Positions 40,478 to 49,953 of a stretch of 64,000 bases of DNA are shown here, one piece after another (the stretch's first letter is position 1; every line of letters starts with the position of its first letter). The notes below the pieces were generated by a model. The model did no database searches. It was not told the DNA's origin and worked only from the letters and a program-made list of their open reading frames with translations. The DNA is from an uncultured archaeon (lineage in GTDB: Archaea; Thermoplasmatota; Thermoplasmata; Thermoplasmatales; Thermoplasmataceae), in contig CP009479.1 in the NCBI GenBank assembly GCA_000965745.1, forward strand, positions 960,001 through 1,024,000, in the 5' to 3' direction. A program made the position numbers and the translations under genes.

Positions 40478-41131
40478 TCATGGTTCTGCAGCCACGACTC
40501 TTGCCATAGCACCGCTTCCGCTCCTCACCTTTAGCGGAAGGGCTGCAATAAAATATTCCTTGCCCGTTTCAAGTTTGTCCAGATTGGCCAGGTCCTCAAT
40601 CAGGAATCTCTGCCTTGCAAGAAGTGCCCTGTGGACCTTGAAATCTGAATTCTTGAACGGCTCAATTCCCAGGGTATCTATTCCGATTACATCTATCCTG
40701 TGCTCATTGAGGAAAGGTACGGTGTCCATCGCAAGTCCGGGGAAATGTTTCTGAAACTCGTCCGAAAAATCCCTCTTCCTGTCCCAACCTGTGTTTATAA
40801 GAATTATCCTGCCGTCGTATTCAGGTTTCCAGGCTCCCTCCAGGTCCTCCATGAAAATCTCGTCATCGTGATGGGAGGGTCTAATTACATAACCACTACC
40901 CATTATGGATGAAAGGGGCGCCTTATCTATCGTTGCGCCATCCTGATGGAAATGAAAAGGTGCATCGATATGGGTCCCGCAATGAGTGGATGAGGAATAT
41001 GATTCCATGCCAAACCCGTCTTTGTCCGGAGTTGCTATTGGTGAAATATTCAGCTCTACATTGCCCGGATAAAGGGGCATTTTGTCTTCAAGTGGAACAC
41101 TTATGTCATAGTACTTGCTGAAGCCTATCAT
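40478..41131 (-). CDS. Cyclase family protein, kynurenine formamidase (KynB)-like
   Basis: DISVPL..MPLYPG, HCGTHIDAPFHF, NTGW, GIDT, H..LL, IEDL.NL, LPLK. Confidence 0.88.
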   Translation of the reverse strand: MIGFSKYYDISVPLEDKMPLYPGNVELNISPIATPDKDGFGMESYSSSTHCGTHIDAPFHFHQDGATIDKAPLSSIMGSGYVIRPSHHDDEIFMEDLEGAWKPEYDGRIILINTGWDRKRDFSDEFQKHFPGLAMDTVPFLNEHRIDVIGIDTLGIEPFKNSDFKVHRALLARQRFLIEDLANLDKLETGKEYFIAALPLKVRSGSGAMARVVAAEP

Positions 41132-41194
41132 GCTCCGTATAACAGGAAAATCACAATAAAACTTTCTAAGTAAATAAAGAAATGGAAGATTAAC

Positions 41195-42313
41195 TTATTT
41201 TCCACTGTTCATTTCTGCAATTCTTCTTACTGCTTTCTCTATATCTTCACCAGTATTGTAGAAATGCGGGGCAATTCTAAGCCCTATCCCTCTGCTCGAA
41301 GTAATGATCCCTTCGGATCTGAGCCTGTTCTCCATCTGGTGGGGCTCATTGACTACAAAGGAAACCATGGCTCCCCTCTCTTCATCATTTTCAGGAGATA
41401 TTGTTTTAAGCCCAAGCTCTGAACCGAGATCCATGGCTTTTCTTGTAAGGCTTGTAATCTTCTCCCTTATTGATGGCACACCCTTTTTCAGGATGACCTT
41501 CAACCCGGTGATGCTTGCATACAAGGCAGGAATTGCCCAGGTGCCAGACTGGAACCGATCTGCACTGTCAGCATATTCCAGTTTCTCAGCTCCAAACTGG
41601 AATGGGTCTTTCTGTGAAAACCACCCTATGTAGGCAGGTTCAAGGTTTTTTATCAGCTCTTTTCTCACATAAAGAAAAGCCAACCCGGGAAGTCCAAGCA
41701 GATATTTTAGAGTACCAGCTGTAAGATAGTCCATGTCCATCTTTTTCACATCAATGGGGACATTCCCAATTGACTGGTAGGCGTCGACATAGATCTCAGA
41801 ATTGCCTGAGTGTGCGTATTCACCTATCTGCTTCACGTTCTGCAGGAACCCGTTAAGCGAACTTACGTGTACCGCTGAAACGAGTCTTGTTTTTGGATTG
41901 ATCACTTTCTTGTAATCTTCGGGCTCAATTCTGTAATTCCTGTTTTTAAGTGTAATCACTTTGGCTCCAAACTTTTCCTGACCCAGAAGGACGTGATTGG
42001 AGGTGGGATATTCCATGTCGCTGATCACAAGCTCGTTCTTCCTGCTGTACTCGAAGGCGCTCAGAAGAGCCCCAAATGCAGAGGAAACTGAAAAATGCGG
42101 GGCAACCTCCTCCGGGTCTGCGTTAATCAGCCTGGCGAAAAGCTCCTTGACCTCAGAAACTTTCTGGACCCATGAATCCCAAGGGTTCCCGAATTCAATC
42201 AAATCCTGTTTATACTGCTCCATGGAATCAATCAGGCCCTGGTAAACCGGGGTGTGTGAACACCCCGCCAGGTAGGTGGTCCTGGTCACCATTTCGAAAT
42301 CTTCACTGCTCAT
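41195..42313 (-). CDS. Class V PLP enzyme (kynureninase/C-S lyase-like)
   Basis: EYPT, DAYQSIG, GTLKYLLG (PLP Lys), GWF, RFQSGT, RIAPHFYNT. Confidence 0.85.
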   Translation of the reverse strand: MSSEDFEMVTRTTYLAGCSHTPVYQGLIDSMEQYKQDLIEFGNPWDSWVQKVSEVKELFARLINADPEEVAPHFSVSSAFGALLSAFEYSRKNELVISDMEYPTSNHVLLGQEKFGAKVITLKNRNYRIEPEDYKKVINPKTRLVSAVHVSSLNGFLQNVKQIGEYAHSGNSEIYVDAYQSIGNVPIDVKKMDMDYLTAGTLKYLLGLPGLAFLYVRKELIKNLEPAYIGWFSQKDPFQFGAEKLEYADSADRFQSGTWAIPALYASITGLKVILKKGVPSIREKITSLTRKAMDLGSELGLKTISPENDEERGAMVSFVVNEPHQMENRLRSEGIITSSRGIGLRIAPHFYNTGEDIEKAVRRIAEMNSGK

Positions 42314-43685
42314 TTTTCTTACCCGTCCTGAGATAGTATAGGTATGCTATCGAGAAAAATATTACTGTAACTACTCCGGAGGGTATTGTGATTTGAATTC
42401 CCGGTGTGAACCAAGTGCTGATCAGGACAGAAACAAGAAGCCCTATTCCGATAACACTGAACACTGGAGCCCCTTTTATGTGGTACTGAAGCTTCGCCCC
42501 CTGGGAGGCTCTTCTTCTCCTGAACGAGAGATGGCTGATCAGGATTATGATCCACGTAAAAATTGCTCCGAACACAGCTATTCCGAAAAGGTCCAGATAC
42601 GCAGATGTTGCACCAAAGCTGTAATCAAGATAAATCGAGAACGCGATTCCGATTGCAGCTATGATCAGTGCATTGAAGGGGACCTTGAACCTGTTCAGTT
42701 TCCCGAATGCGTCAGGTGCCCTCTTGGCTCTTGAGAGAGAGAACAGCATTCTTATCGTGAGGTAAATGTCTGTGTTGCTGCTTGACAGTGCTGCAGTCAG
42801 CACAACAAAATTCATCAGTGCTGCAGCAAAGGGGATTCCAATAAGGCCAAAAGCTGTTACAAACGGGCTCTCTGAAACACCGGCCTGAGTCCATGGGACC
42901 ATTCCAACCATGATGAACAGGGATATCACGTAGAAAAGAACCAGCCTTACAACCATTCCTCTCATTGCCCTTGGAACACTCTTGCCAGGGTCAGAGGATT
43001 CACCAGCAGTTACTGCAACAACCTCCACACCGATATAGGAGAAAAGAGCAACAACAGTCGCAAGCCATACGCCTTTGAAACCATGGGGGAAGAACCCTCC
43101 GAACGCTGTGTAGGCTGGTGTTATTCCGAACCTTGTAGCGCTAAGGAGCACGAATCCTCCCAGGATTATGAACACGATGATCGTAACGACCTTTATCATG
43201 CTGAACCAGTATTCGAAGGTTCCAAACGCTTTAACAGCTATTGCGTTGACAGACAGAAGGAGCAGTGCAAATATGCCAATCCAGACCACGGGAGTTACTC
43301 CGGGGAACCAGAGCTGCATATATATTCCGGCTGCAACCATCTCACCGCCTATTGCAATTATCTGAGCAAACCAGTACACCCATCTCACAATAAATCCGGC
43401 ATAATCGTTGATATAGGTTTCAGCGAAATTACCGAAAGAACCAGCGGAGGGCATCTCTACAGACATCTCTGAAAGGGCTATCATAACTGTAAGTGCTATG
43501 AAAGCGCCTATCATATATGAGAAGACAACTCCGGGGCCAGCGAGGCCAACGGCGAAACCACTTCCGAGGAACAGACCTGTTCCAATGGCCGAACCAATAG
43601 AAATCATCAGCATCTGCCCGGAAGTAAGTTTTCTCTGGAGTCCAGCTTCCCTCTCCATTATAGATTTTTCTTTTTCTACCATCAC
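42303..43685 (-). CDS. Amino acid permease (GabP/AroP-like, APC/AAT family)
   Basis: MISIGSAIGTGLFLGSG, FGTFEYWFSMIKV, GVEVV, SPFV, NFVVLTAALSS. Confidence 0.92.
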   Translation of the reverse strand: MMVEKEKSIMEREAGLQRKLTSGQMLMISIGSAIGTGLFLGSGFAVGLAGPGVVFSYMIGAFIALTVMIALSEMSVEMPSAGSFGNFAETYINDYAGFIVRWVYWFAQIIAIGGEMVAAGIYMQLWFPGVTPVVWIGIFALLLLSVNAIAVKAFGTFEYWFSMIKVVTIIVFIILGGFVLLSATRFGITPAYTAFGGFFPHGFKGVWLATVVALFSYIGVEVVAVTAGESSDPGKSVPRAMRGMVVRLVLFYVISLFIMVGMVPWTQAGVSESPFVTAFGLIGIPFAAALMNFVVLTAALSSSNTDIYLTIRMLFSLSRAKRAPDAFGKLNRFKVPFNALIIAAIGIAFSIYLDYSFGATSAYLDLFGIAVFGAIFTWIIILISHLSFRRRRASQGAKLQYHIKGAPVFSVIGIGLLVSVLISTWFTPGIQITIPSGVVTVIFFSIAYLYYLRTGKKNEQ

Positions 43686-44398
43686 TATTCACCATTAAAC
43701 AGGCACAACTTCTTATTTCCAATTCGAAGGCATGCCCGTACTTCTCCAGAACAAGAAAACCTGCTGCGGATGCCGCCTCCATCCCAGAAATAACATCGGA
43801 GAGAGTACTTGCCCAATCCGGTGCAGGATTGCGCGGCATGCTATCCCATGGGTCTCAGGATTGTACCTCAGTGGACACAGGTCTACAAAGGTCTTGAACT
43901 AGATTGGTCGTACATACAATTTGCAACTATAAAAATTCTTCCGTAAACTGAAATATAAAACTTAAAAATAGTTAGATCTCACAAAAATAAACAATTATGG
44001 ATTTAATTATATAAACTATTTGTAAAACATATCTCGATACAAACTTGAAAATCTTATCATACCCATCAACGGTCTGGAAATATTCTCATATCTATTGGCG
44101 CATAAAGTAATGCTATATTTGGTATAACTACATTTCTCATGCATTTCTCATTTCAGAGTCTTCTTTCAGTAATTTATTCCAAAAGTGACTTGTCACCGGG
44201 CTGATAAGTTTTTTAAGATCACCAAATTGCAGCATTTTATGGAAGTGGGTTCGGCTGATCTATGTAATTTGCCGTAAGACCGGTCTCCACCACATAAAAT
44301 ACACGACTTAATTCGAAGCATAATTATATTTTAATATTTCTTCAACTGAATTATTCAAGGTATAAAGTTTAATAGGAGGTTTTCAATCGATAAATGGC

Positions 44399-44599
44399 AT
44401 GTTTCATGCTGGCGATAATCTGAAAAAGATGCTTGAAAGGGAGATTGCGTATTACAGGGCACAAAATGAAAATTTGAAGAAAGAGTTGTCTGACCTTGAG
44501 AAGACATACAGCAACAACAGGACGAGATTGGAGATTATCAGCGTAGATTATGAAGAAAGCGAGGAAATGATAAGAATCCTCAAATCCCTGACAAAATAG
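44399..44599 (+). CDS. Small coiled-coil hypothetical protein
   Basis: 66 aa, E/K/L-rich heptads; TTTAAT about 30 nt upstream. Confidence 0.55.
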   Translation: MFHAGDNLKKMLEREIAYYRAQNENLKKELSDLEKTYSNNRTRLEIISVDYEESEEMIRILKSLTK

Positions 44600-44607
44600 G
44601 TGATGTA

Positions 44608-44946
44608 ATGATTCTCGATAAACTTGAAGATATCATGGACCTGGATGACAGTGAAAGAGAGGAGTTCCGTGATAACTACTTCCAGTACGAGGATGAGATC
44701 ATGGAACTGGTAAAATTATACCAGAAGAATCAGGAGATGAGCGAGAAGAAGATTCGCCTCCACTCCCAGCTGGCCAGGTTCAATTTTGACATATACGAGA
44801 CCTGGATGGAGTTGCACAAGAATGCCATAACGCTGAGCTCATACAGGGCAGAGATCAATCTGAGGAGCATAGACATTGAAAAAAGCCTCATGAAGAAACT
44901 GGATGAAATCATCGAAAAGTATGTTCTCATTGAAAAGTTTGCATGA
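44608..44946 (+). CDS. Acidic helical/coiled-coil hypothetical protein
   Basis: 112 aa; GGTGA RBS overlapping the upstream stop; coding-like codon usage. Confidence 0.65.
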   Translation: MILDKLEDIMDLDDSEREEFRDNYFQYEDEIMELVKLYQKNQEMSEKKIRLHSQLARFNFDIYETWMELHKNAITLSSYRAEINLRSIDIEKSLMKKLDEIIEKYVLIEKFA

Positions 44947-44990
44947 GAGACAGCAAACTTAATCAGTGAAGGCGGATACTATATTCAGCA

Positions 44991-45377
44991 ATGAGTGCAA
45001 AGCCAGGACCAGACATCTGGAACAGCATAGTCTCCAAAGTTCTGATATGCAACAGGATGATTATCCCAAAATTTCTTCCTGACGGGACGGAAATGCCACA
45101 CCCTACTGAGAGTGGGCTTTTCAGGAAATCTGTTGGGGAAAGGAAAGGGCAGGTTGCAGATTGGAGGGCCTCTGTCAGCGGGTCAGACAGGGGAGTGCAT
45201 GTAGTCGAATTCAGGAACTGCTATTCCATCCACGTGGACCAGTATGACCCCTACAAGAAGCCGGTCGAGCACATAATCTACGACAGTCCCAGGACAGGTG
45301 CAGCATTAGCGATTGCAGGTTTGGGAATACTCACTGCTGCAAGAGTCCTGTCAAGAGCTAGACGGAAGAAGCTATAG
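44991..45377 (+). CDS. Hypothetical membrane-anchored protein with His/Asp motif (paralog of 63229-63702)
   Basis: HVVEF...YSIHVDQYDPYKKPVEHIIYDSP followed by a C-terminal TM helix. Confidence 0.75.
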   Translation: MSAKPGPDIWNSIVSKVLICNRMIIPKFLPDGTEMPHPTESGLFRKSVGERKGQVADWRASVSGSDRGVHVVEFRNCYSIHVDQYDPYKKPVEHIIYDSPRTGAALAIAGLGILTAARVLSRARRKKL

Positions 45378-45436
45378 AACTGCTGAATCCCGATTGGCTG
45401 CACCATGAATTATTACATATATCAGTAGCATATGGG

Positions 45437-47074
45437 TTGCATGGTATGGAAGGGGCCATATTTTACCTGTATATTCTTGGTGCTGTTCTTGCAACGTTCG
45501 CAAGAATATGGCTTCTGATGGGCGTTTCCATACTTATAGCTCTTATCATGGGCATACTGGCTGCAAGGGTAAGATCGGCTGGGGCAATTATCATACCTCT
45601 TACAAATGTACTTCAGGCGGTCCCGGTAGTATCGTTTTTTCCCATCATACTCGTCTTCTTTCTTGTGAGAGTTCCGGGCGGGCTTGGAATTGAACTGGCC
45701 TCTGATTTTCTCATCATCACCGCCCTTGTATGGAACCTCATACTTGGAGTCTACGAGGCTGTAAGCCACATTCCGGAGCACTTCGACAACGTGGGGCGCG
45801 TTTACAGGATAAGCCTCTGGAGCAAGATAAAAAAACTGTACATGCCGGCCTCGTACCCTACGATTGTGTCAAACATCATGCCTTCGTTTGCAAGCGGGCT
45901 TTTCTACATAACCCTGAGTGAGGTGATAGCGATTGGGAGCAGGACATACCAGGTCTTCGGGGTAGGGGGCATAGCACAGGAACTTGTGGCCTCATACAAT
46001 TTCGGTGGGGTGCTCGTGCTTCTTGGGATGCTCGTAGTGGGAATATCCCTGAATTTCTATTTCATCATAAACCCGCTTCTAAAGAGAACAGAGAAATACA
46101 CTTTTGACACGACGGCTGCAATAGAAAGCCGGGAAGAACGCCGTATCAGGGAAAATGTGTTCCTGTCCAACATATCAAGAAGGGTGAATCAGGTTGTGAA
46201 TACCAGTGTCAGCGCTGTAACTGCCATCAACAGGTTCATGAATCCAAGGTCCCGTCGTGAAAGGAGGAGGTCACAGTTCCCCATACCTGAAAGGTCTCTC
46301 AATATTGTAGTAGGCCTGCTTCTGGTAGCTTCACTTTCAACCATAGTCTACCTCATTGCCAGATCGGGCTTTGCCGAGGCCTTCACCTCCTATTTGCTGA
46401 ACATCGGGTTCATAAAAAGCCTCATTATCGGAGTTTCGTACGATCTTCTCCGCGTGCTCATAGTATTCGCACTCTCACTCGTTACCATGGTCCCTCTTGC
46501 GATGTATTTCGGCAACAAGGGGCAGAAAAGCAAGATGTCCACTGGCGTATTCCAGATACTCTATTCCATACCTGCACCAATTTTTTACCCTCTGATTGTA
46601 GTCTTCCTCACTCCATTTCTCGCAAAATATATGGGGGCGGACCTGGCATTCGAGGTCAACGTGATAATAATAACATTTCTTTCGGCAGCTGCATACATAT
46701 TCTTCAACGTTTACGGAGCAGTCAGGGCTATTCCCACTGAACTCAAGACTGTCACCAAAGTCTTCGGCCTCAAACGCTCCAGGATTACAAGATACCTGAC
46801 ATTTCCTGCCAGCATTCCGGCACTGATCACAGGTTCTATGGCCGCAATAGGGAGCTATTGGGGAGGGTTAATGGTTGGAGAATATACTGTTGTAGGTGAT
46901 ACCCATTATTCTGTCTCAACCGGCCTGATGGCAATGCTCGACAAAGCAATTGCGACAAACAACCTGCTGGAGGCGGATGCCATCGACATTTTCATGGTCG
47001 TAATTATTGTGGCAATATCATTCCTGCTCTTCAGGCGCCTCTACTCATACTCGAAGAGAAAATACACATATTGA
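45437..47074 (+). CDS. ABC transporter permease, NitT/TauT-type, two fused TM domains
   Basis: NVLQAVPVVSFFP, WNLILGVYE, second repeat YSIPAPIFYP...VRAIP..L, FPASIPALITG...WGGLMVGE. Confidence 0.85.
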   Translation: MHGMEGAIFYLYILGAVLATFARIWLLMGVSILIALIMGILAARVRSAGAIIIPLTNVLQAVPVVSFFPIILVFFLVRVPGGLGIELASDFLIITALVWNLILGVYEAVSHIPEHFDNVGRVYRISLWSKIKKLYMPASYPTIVSNIMPSFASGLFYITLSEVIAIGSRTYQVFGVGGIAQELVASYNFGGVLVLLGMLVVGISLNFYFIINPLLKRTEKYTFDTTAAIESREERRIRENVFLSNISRRVNQVVNTSVSAVTAINRFMNPRSRRERRRSQFPIPERSLNIVVGLLLVASLSTIVYLIARSGFAEAFTSYLLNIGFIKSLIIGVSYDLLRVLIVFALSLVTMVPLAMYFGNKGQKSKMSTGVFQILYSIPAPIFYPLIVVFLTPFLAKYMGADLAFEVNVIIITFLSAAAYIFFNVYGAVRAIPTELKTVTKVFGLKRSRITRYLTFPASIPALITGSMAAIGSYWGGLMVGEYTVVGDTHYSVSTGLMAMLDKAIATNNLLEADAIDIFMVVIIVAISFLLFRRLYSYSKRKYTY

Positions 47075-47089
47075 GGACAGGGGAGGTCG

Positions 47090-47682
47090 GAGAGTTGAAA
47101 AACTTACTTATGCTCGACTTATAAGATATGGGCCTGAGGGGAACGCTGTCCGGTTCAAAGGTGCGGCAATCAGGCTTTCCTGCGAGCTGATTGTCACGGC
47201 AGTTGGAGCTTATTTTTCATACACATCAATCGGGATACCGATGTACAACGCCAATGAAAACGTCATCAGTTCCACAGTCACTTCACTGGTCTATTCATTC
47301 CTTCTGGTCTTTGGAATCTATGTTTTCAGCACTGATCTGTCCATTCGGCTGGAGAAGCAACGGCCGTCCGCGCTTAAAATCGTTATACTATCAGGAGTCG
47401 CTTTATCAATAGTCTCTCTGCCATTCTTGATTTACTATGACTTCTATTACAGTTACTCTACGGTGATCTCAGGATCTCAACACTATCTACCCATATGCTG
47501 TTCAACCCGGCATGCCATTCTTGCTGGGTCTGTTCATCGCCTTCATTGCATGGAGCCAAATGTTTGTGCGGTGGGCCAGAAAAGGAGGCATAGGCGTGAG
47601 AGCCAGGCGTTTTGTAAGGACCTCAAAATACAGTGTGAAAATCCCGTTCAGAGACAAGGATGGTAACCATGACGACAAATAA
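47090..47682 (+). pseudogene. Probable degraded membrane protein gene (no clear start, frameshift near 47475)
   Basis: Three TM-like segments in the 47007 ORF frame; a fourth hydrophobic helix (PGMPFLLGLFIAFIAWSQMF...DDK*) continues in another frame to TAA at 47680-47682. Confidence 0.35.
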
Positions 47683-47708
47683 ATTGTTTGAGAATTGGGT
47701 CTTAGGTT

Positions 47709-48062
47709 CTACATCTCTTTGAAAATTTCGTCGTATATGTTCGGAGGTTCCTCTTCAACAACAGGCGCGTTTGCCGCTTTGTAGATATTACTCTTCTTGT
47801 ATACCCATTGGTTAACTCTCCAGGTCTTCCCCCTGAAGATATTCACCTCTTCCCTGTGCGGTTCAAGGAATCCAAATTCCTCTAGATTGTAGAAAATATC
47901 TCTCTCTGGGGCGGACAGCGTGTTGTCTAGAACGTAGTCGTCGTAGCCGAAGAAAGAAAGAACGAAGTCGCAGAGGTCTTCCACGTCTCCGTGAGCCATC
48001 CCCTTTCGGCCGTATGTTTTTTCGAGTGCCTTAATTAAAATCTCTCTAGTCATAACGGCCAT
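47709..48062 (-). CDS. Conserved Thermoplasmata hypothetical protein (DUF6015-like)
   Basis: FVLSFFGYDDYVLDN.L...ERDIFYNLEE.G.L...REEV..GKTWRVNQW pattern; family name recalled, not searched. Confidence 0.65.
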   Translation of the reverse strand: MAVMTREILIKALEKTYGRKGMAHGDVEDLCDFVLSFFGYDDYVLDNTLSAPERDIFYNLEEFGFLEPHREEVNIFRGKTWRVNQWVYKKSNIYKAANAPVVEEEPPNIYDEIFKEM

Positions 48063-48166
48063 ATGGAATCTTGCATATAATATATCTAAATATATTAAGC
48101 TTGTCCCAATTTGTTAATGGTTCTACGAATTACGTATTGTTTAAAAAAGCCTTAAACTACCCAGTT

Positions 48167-49105
48167 TTAGAGCGTTATCACCTCTGCTGACACGTTTTCT
48201 AGTGCTTTAAGCGTAACGTTGTTGCTCAGGCTGAATACATCATCTTCATTCAGCTTGGTATTTTCCGGGGTTTCAAGGAGCCCGCTGCCTTTTAGCATGC
48301 GCAGGACCGACTGATTCCCGATCTTTATCTCTGCCTTCTCCCCGGACTTCACGAAGTATTCCTTGATCTCCTTTCCGTTCTGGGAGAAGATTGTCTTCGT
48401 GTAGCCCCACTCTTCATCCTCCCTGTTTGAATACTCCTTTCTGATTATCTCCAGATCCTTCTCGCTGTCAACTCCAATCCACATGGTCTCTTCCCTGTAT
48501 GCACCAGCCATTTTCAGGTTTGCAATCTGCGGGAAAACTGTTGTCTCTATGTCTTTGTTCAGGTATTCCTTGAAAAAATGGGGAAAGACATCTTTCTTGA
48601 TGTAGTACAGCCCAGAGTTGATGTAGTAGTCCAGGTAGGGTTTCTCAACGAAATTCACTATCTGTTCACCGAGTGTTTCCACAACGCCAAACGGGCTCTT
48701 CATTCTGGAAATAAACATCACGAGGCCGTAAGGTGAATTCACGGCGAATTCAACAAACCTGTTGAAATTCATGTCCGTTATAGTGTCGCCATTTCTCAGC
48801 ACTATATCCTCATCGGAAATCTCATTCAGCAAGCCCCTGAGGGAAAAAAGGGTACCTAGGGGCTTATCCTCTCTTAAATAGTGGAATCTCAGCCCTTTGC
48901 TCTCCTTGCCGTACCTTTCCTCTATCTTGTCGCCGAGATAACCCGAAAGGATGTAGACATCCCGGACGCCCATATTTCTAAAATCGAACAGCTGCCTGTC
49001 CATTATTGTGTAGTCATCTTTAATCCGGATAAGGGGCTTAGGCACGGCATCGGTAATTGGTTTCAGTCTCTTTCCGTAACCACCTGCCAGAATGGCTCCG
49101 ATCAT
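48167..49105 (-). CDS. Sugar-phosphate nucleotidyltransferase family protein with C-terminal cupin-like tail
   Basis: ILAGGYGKRLKPIT..PKPL, E.KPLGT, NGD, FVEKP, INSGLY. Confidence 0.88.
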   Translation of the reverse strand: MIGAILAGGYGKRLKPITDAVPKPLIRIKDDYTIMDRQLFDFRNMGVRDVYILSGYLGDKIEERYGKESKGLRFHYLREDKPLGTLFSLRGLLNEISDEDIVLRNGDTITDMNFNRFVEFAVNSPYGLVMFISRMKSPFGVVETLGEQIVNFVEKPYLDYYINSGLYYIKKDVFPHFFKEYLNKDIETTVFPQIANLKMAGAYREETMWIGVDSEKDLEIIRKEYSNREDEEWGYTKTIFSQNGKEIKEYFVKSGEKAEIKIGNQSVLRMLKGSGLLETPENTKLNEDDVFSLSNNVTLKALENVSAEVITL

Positions 49106-49171
49106 AAGACGGTAATGCACCAAGTTTATATTTAAATTCCTGAAGGAATCAGGGCGGGTCCCCCGCGGTCT

Positions 49172-49717
49172 TCATGGCATACTGTCCAGGGGTTCAGTGA
49201 CTCCTACAGTGCTCATCTGCCTGTCATTTTCTATTGCTTCCCTTACGCCATTCCAGATCTCACCATTGGTCAGCCATCGGGAACCGTCTTCCTCGATCTT
49301 GAATCCGAGCGTAACTTCCCTGTAAAGGACATTTTCGGGAAGTTGCGGGAATTTTCTGGATTGGAAATTAACAGAGCCCCTGACGTGAAAGAGTCTCCAC
49401 TTCTCCTTGGAGTGGCTGGATATCTCATCAGCCACTGCGGAAAGTGAAGCGGTGTTCCCTGATCTTACCCAGGCGACAAGAAGATCCACAGGCCCGTTCC
49501 TCCAAAGATTCTTTCTTATGGCATCAATGAGCTTATCCCGGTCACTGTAGTCGACAGAAATGGGAACAATCCTCTCTGAGAGAGGGCCGGCTTTATTTAT
49601 CAGTGCTTCGAGCCTGGACCAGCTTCTTCCTATAACGGACACGCACTGGTATCTATCAGCAAGCCAGATAACAAGATCTGAAAGCATGCCAGTGCCTCCA
49701 ATAACGAGAGCCTGCAT
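49172..49717 (-). CDS. Short Rossmann-fold (SDR-like) protein
   Basis: ALVIGGTGML, VDY.D, LVAW, LGFKIE...SRWLTN.EI. Confidence 0.75.
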   Translation of the reverse strand: MQALVIGGTGMLSDLVIWLADRYQCVSVIGRSWSRLEALINKAGPLSERIVPISVDYSDRDKLIDAIRKNLWRNGPVDLLVAWVRSGNTASLSAVADEISSHSKEKWRLFHVRGSVNFQSRKFPQLPENVLYREVTLGFKIEEDGSRWLTNGEIWNGVREAIENDRQMSTVGVTEPLDSMP

Positions 49718-49953
49718 GATTTATAATCCCTTCTGGATATTTAGATGCTGTTATCCAGCCCAAAAAGGTTCTTTCAAGCAAACAATACCTGCAAGGAATA
49801 ATTCGGGCGCGCAATGGCAGAATCTTTGCATGCTTACCAGCTGTTCTCGGCTGTTTCACGGTTGCTAAATTCCGTTCCTGACCTTTCAGCCGATAAAAAA
49901 GCAATAAAGGTAAACCGAAAGGAATTTAATACAGATCATATTGATATTTCACT

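Larger units (their letters stand above)
3998..43685. other. Accessory catabolic/nutrient-scavenging island next to tRNA-Val
   Basis: About 30 consecutive transporter and catabolic genes with several paralog sets and no core informational genes; flanked by tRNA plus IS remnant on the left and a long AT-rich intergenic region (~43.9-44.4 kb) on the right; no integrase or att repeat seen. Confidence 0.6.

Noticed and set aside
3605-44400. Integrative element with att sites at tRNA-Val
   Set aside because: No integrase and no repeat of the tRNA 3' end found by eye; island status rests on gene content only
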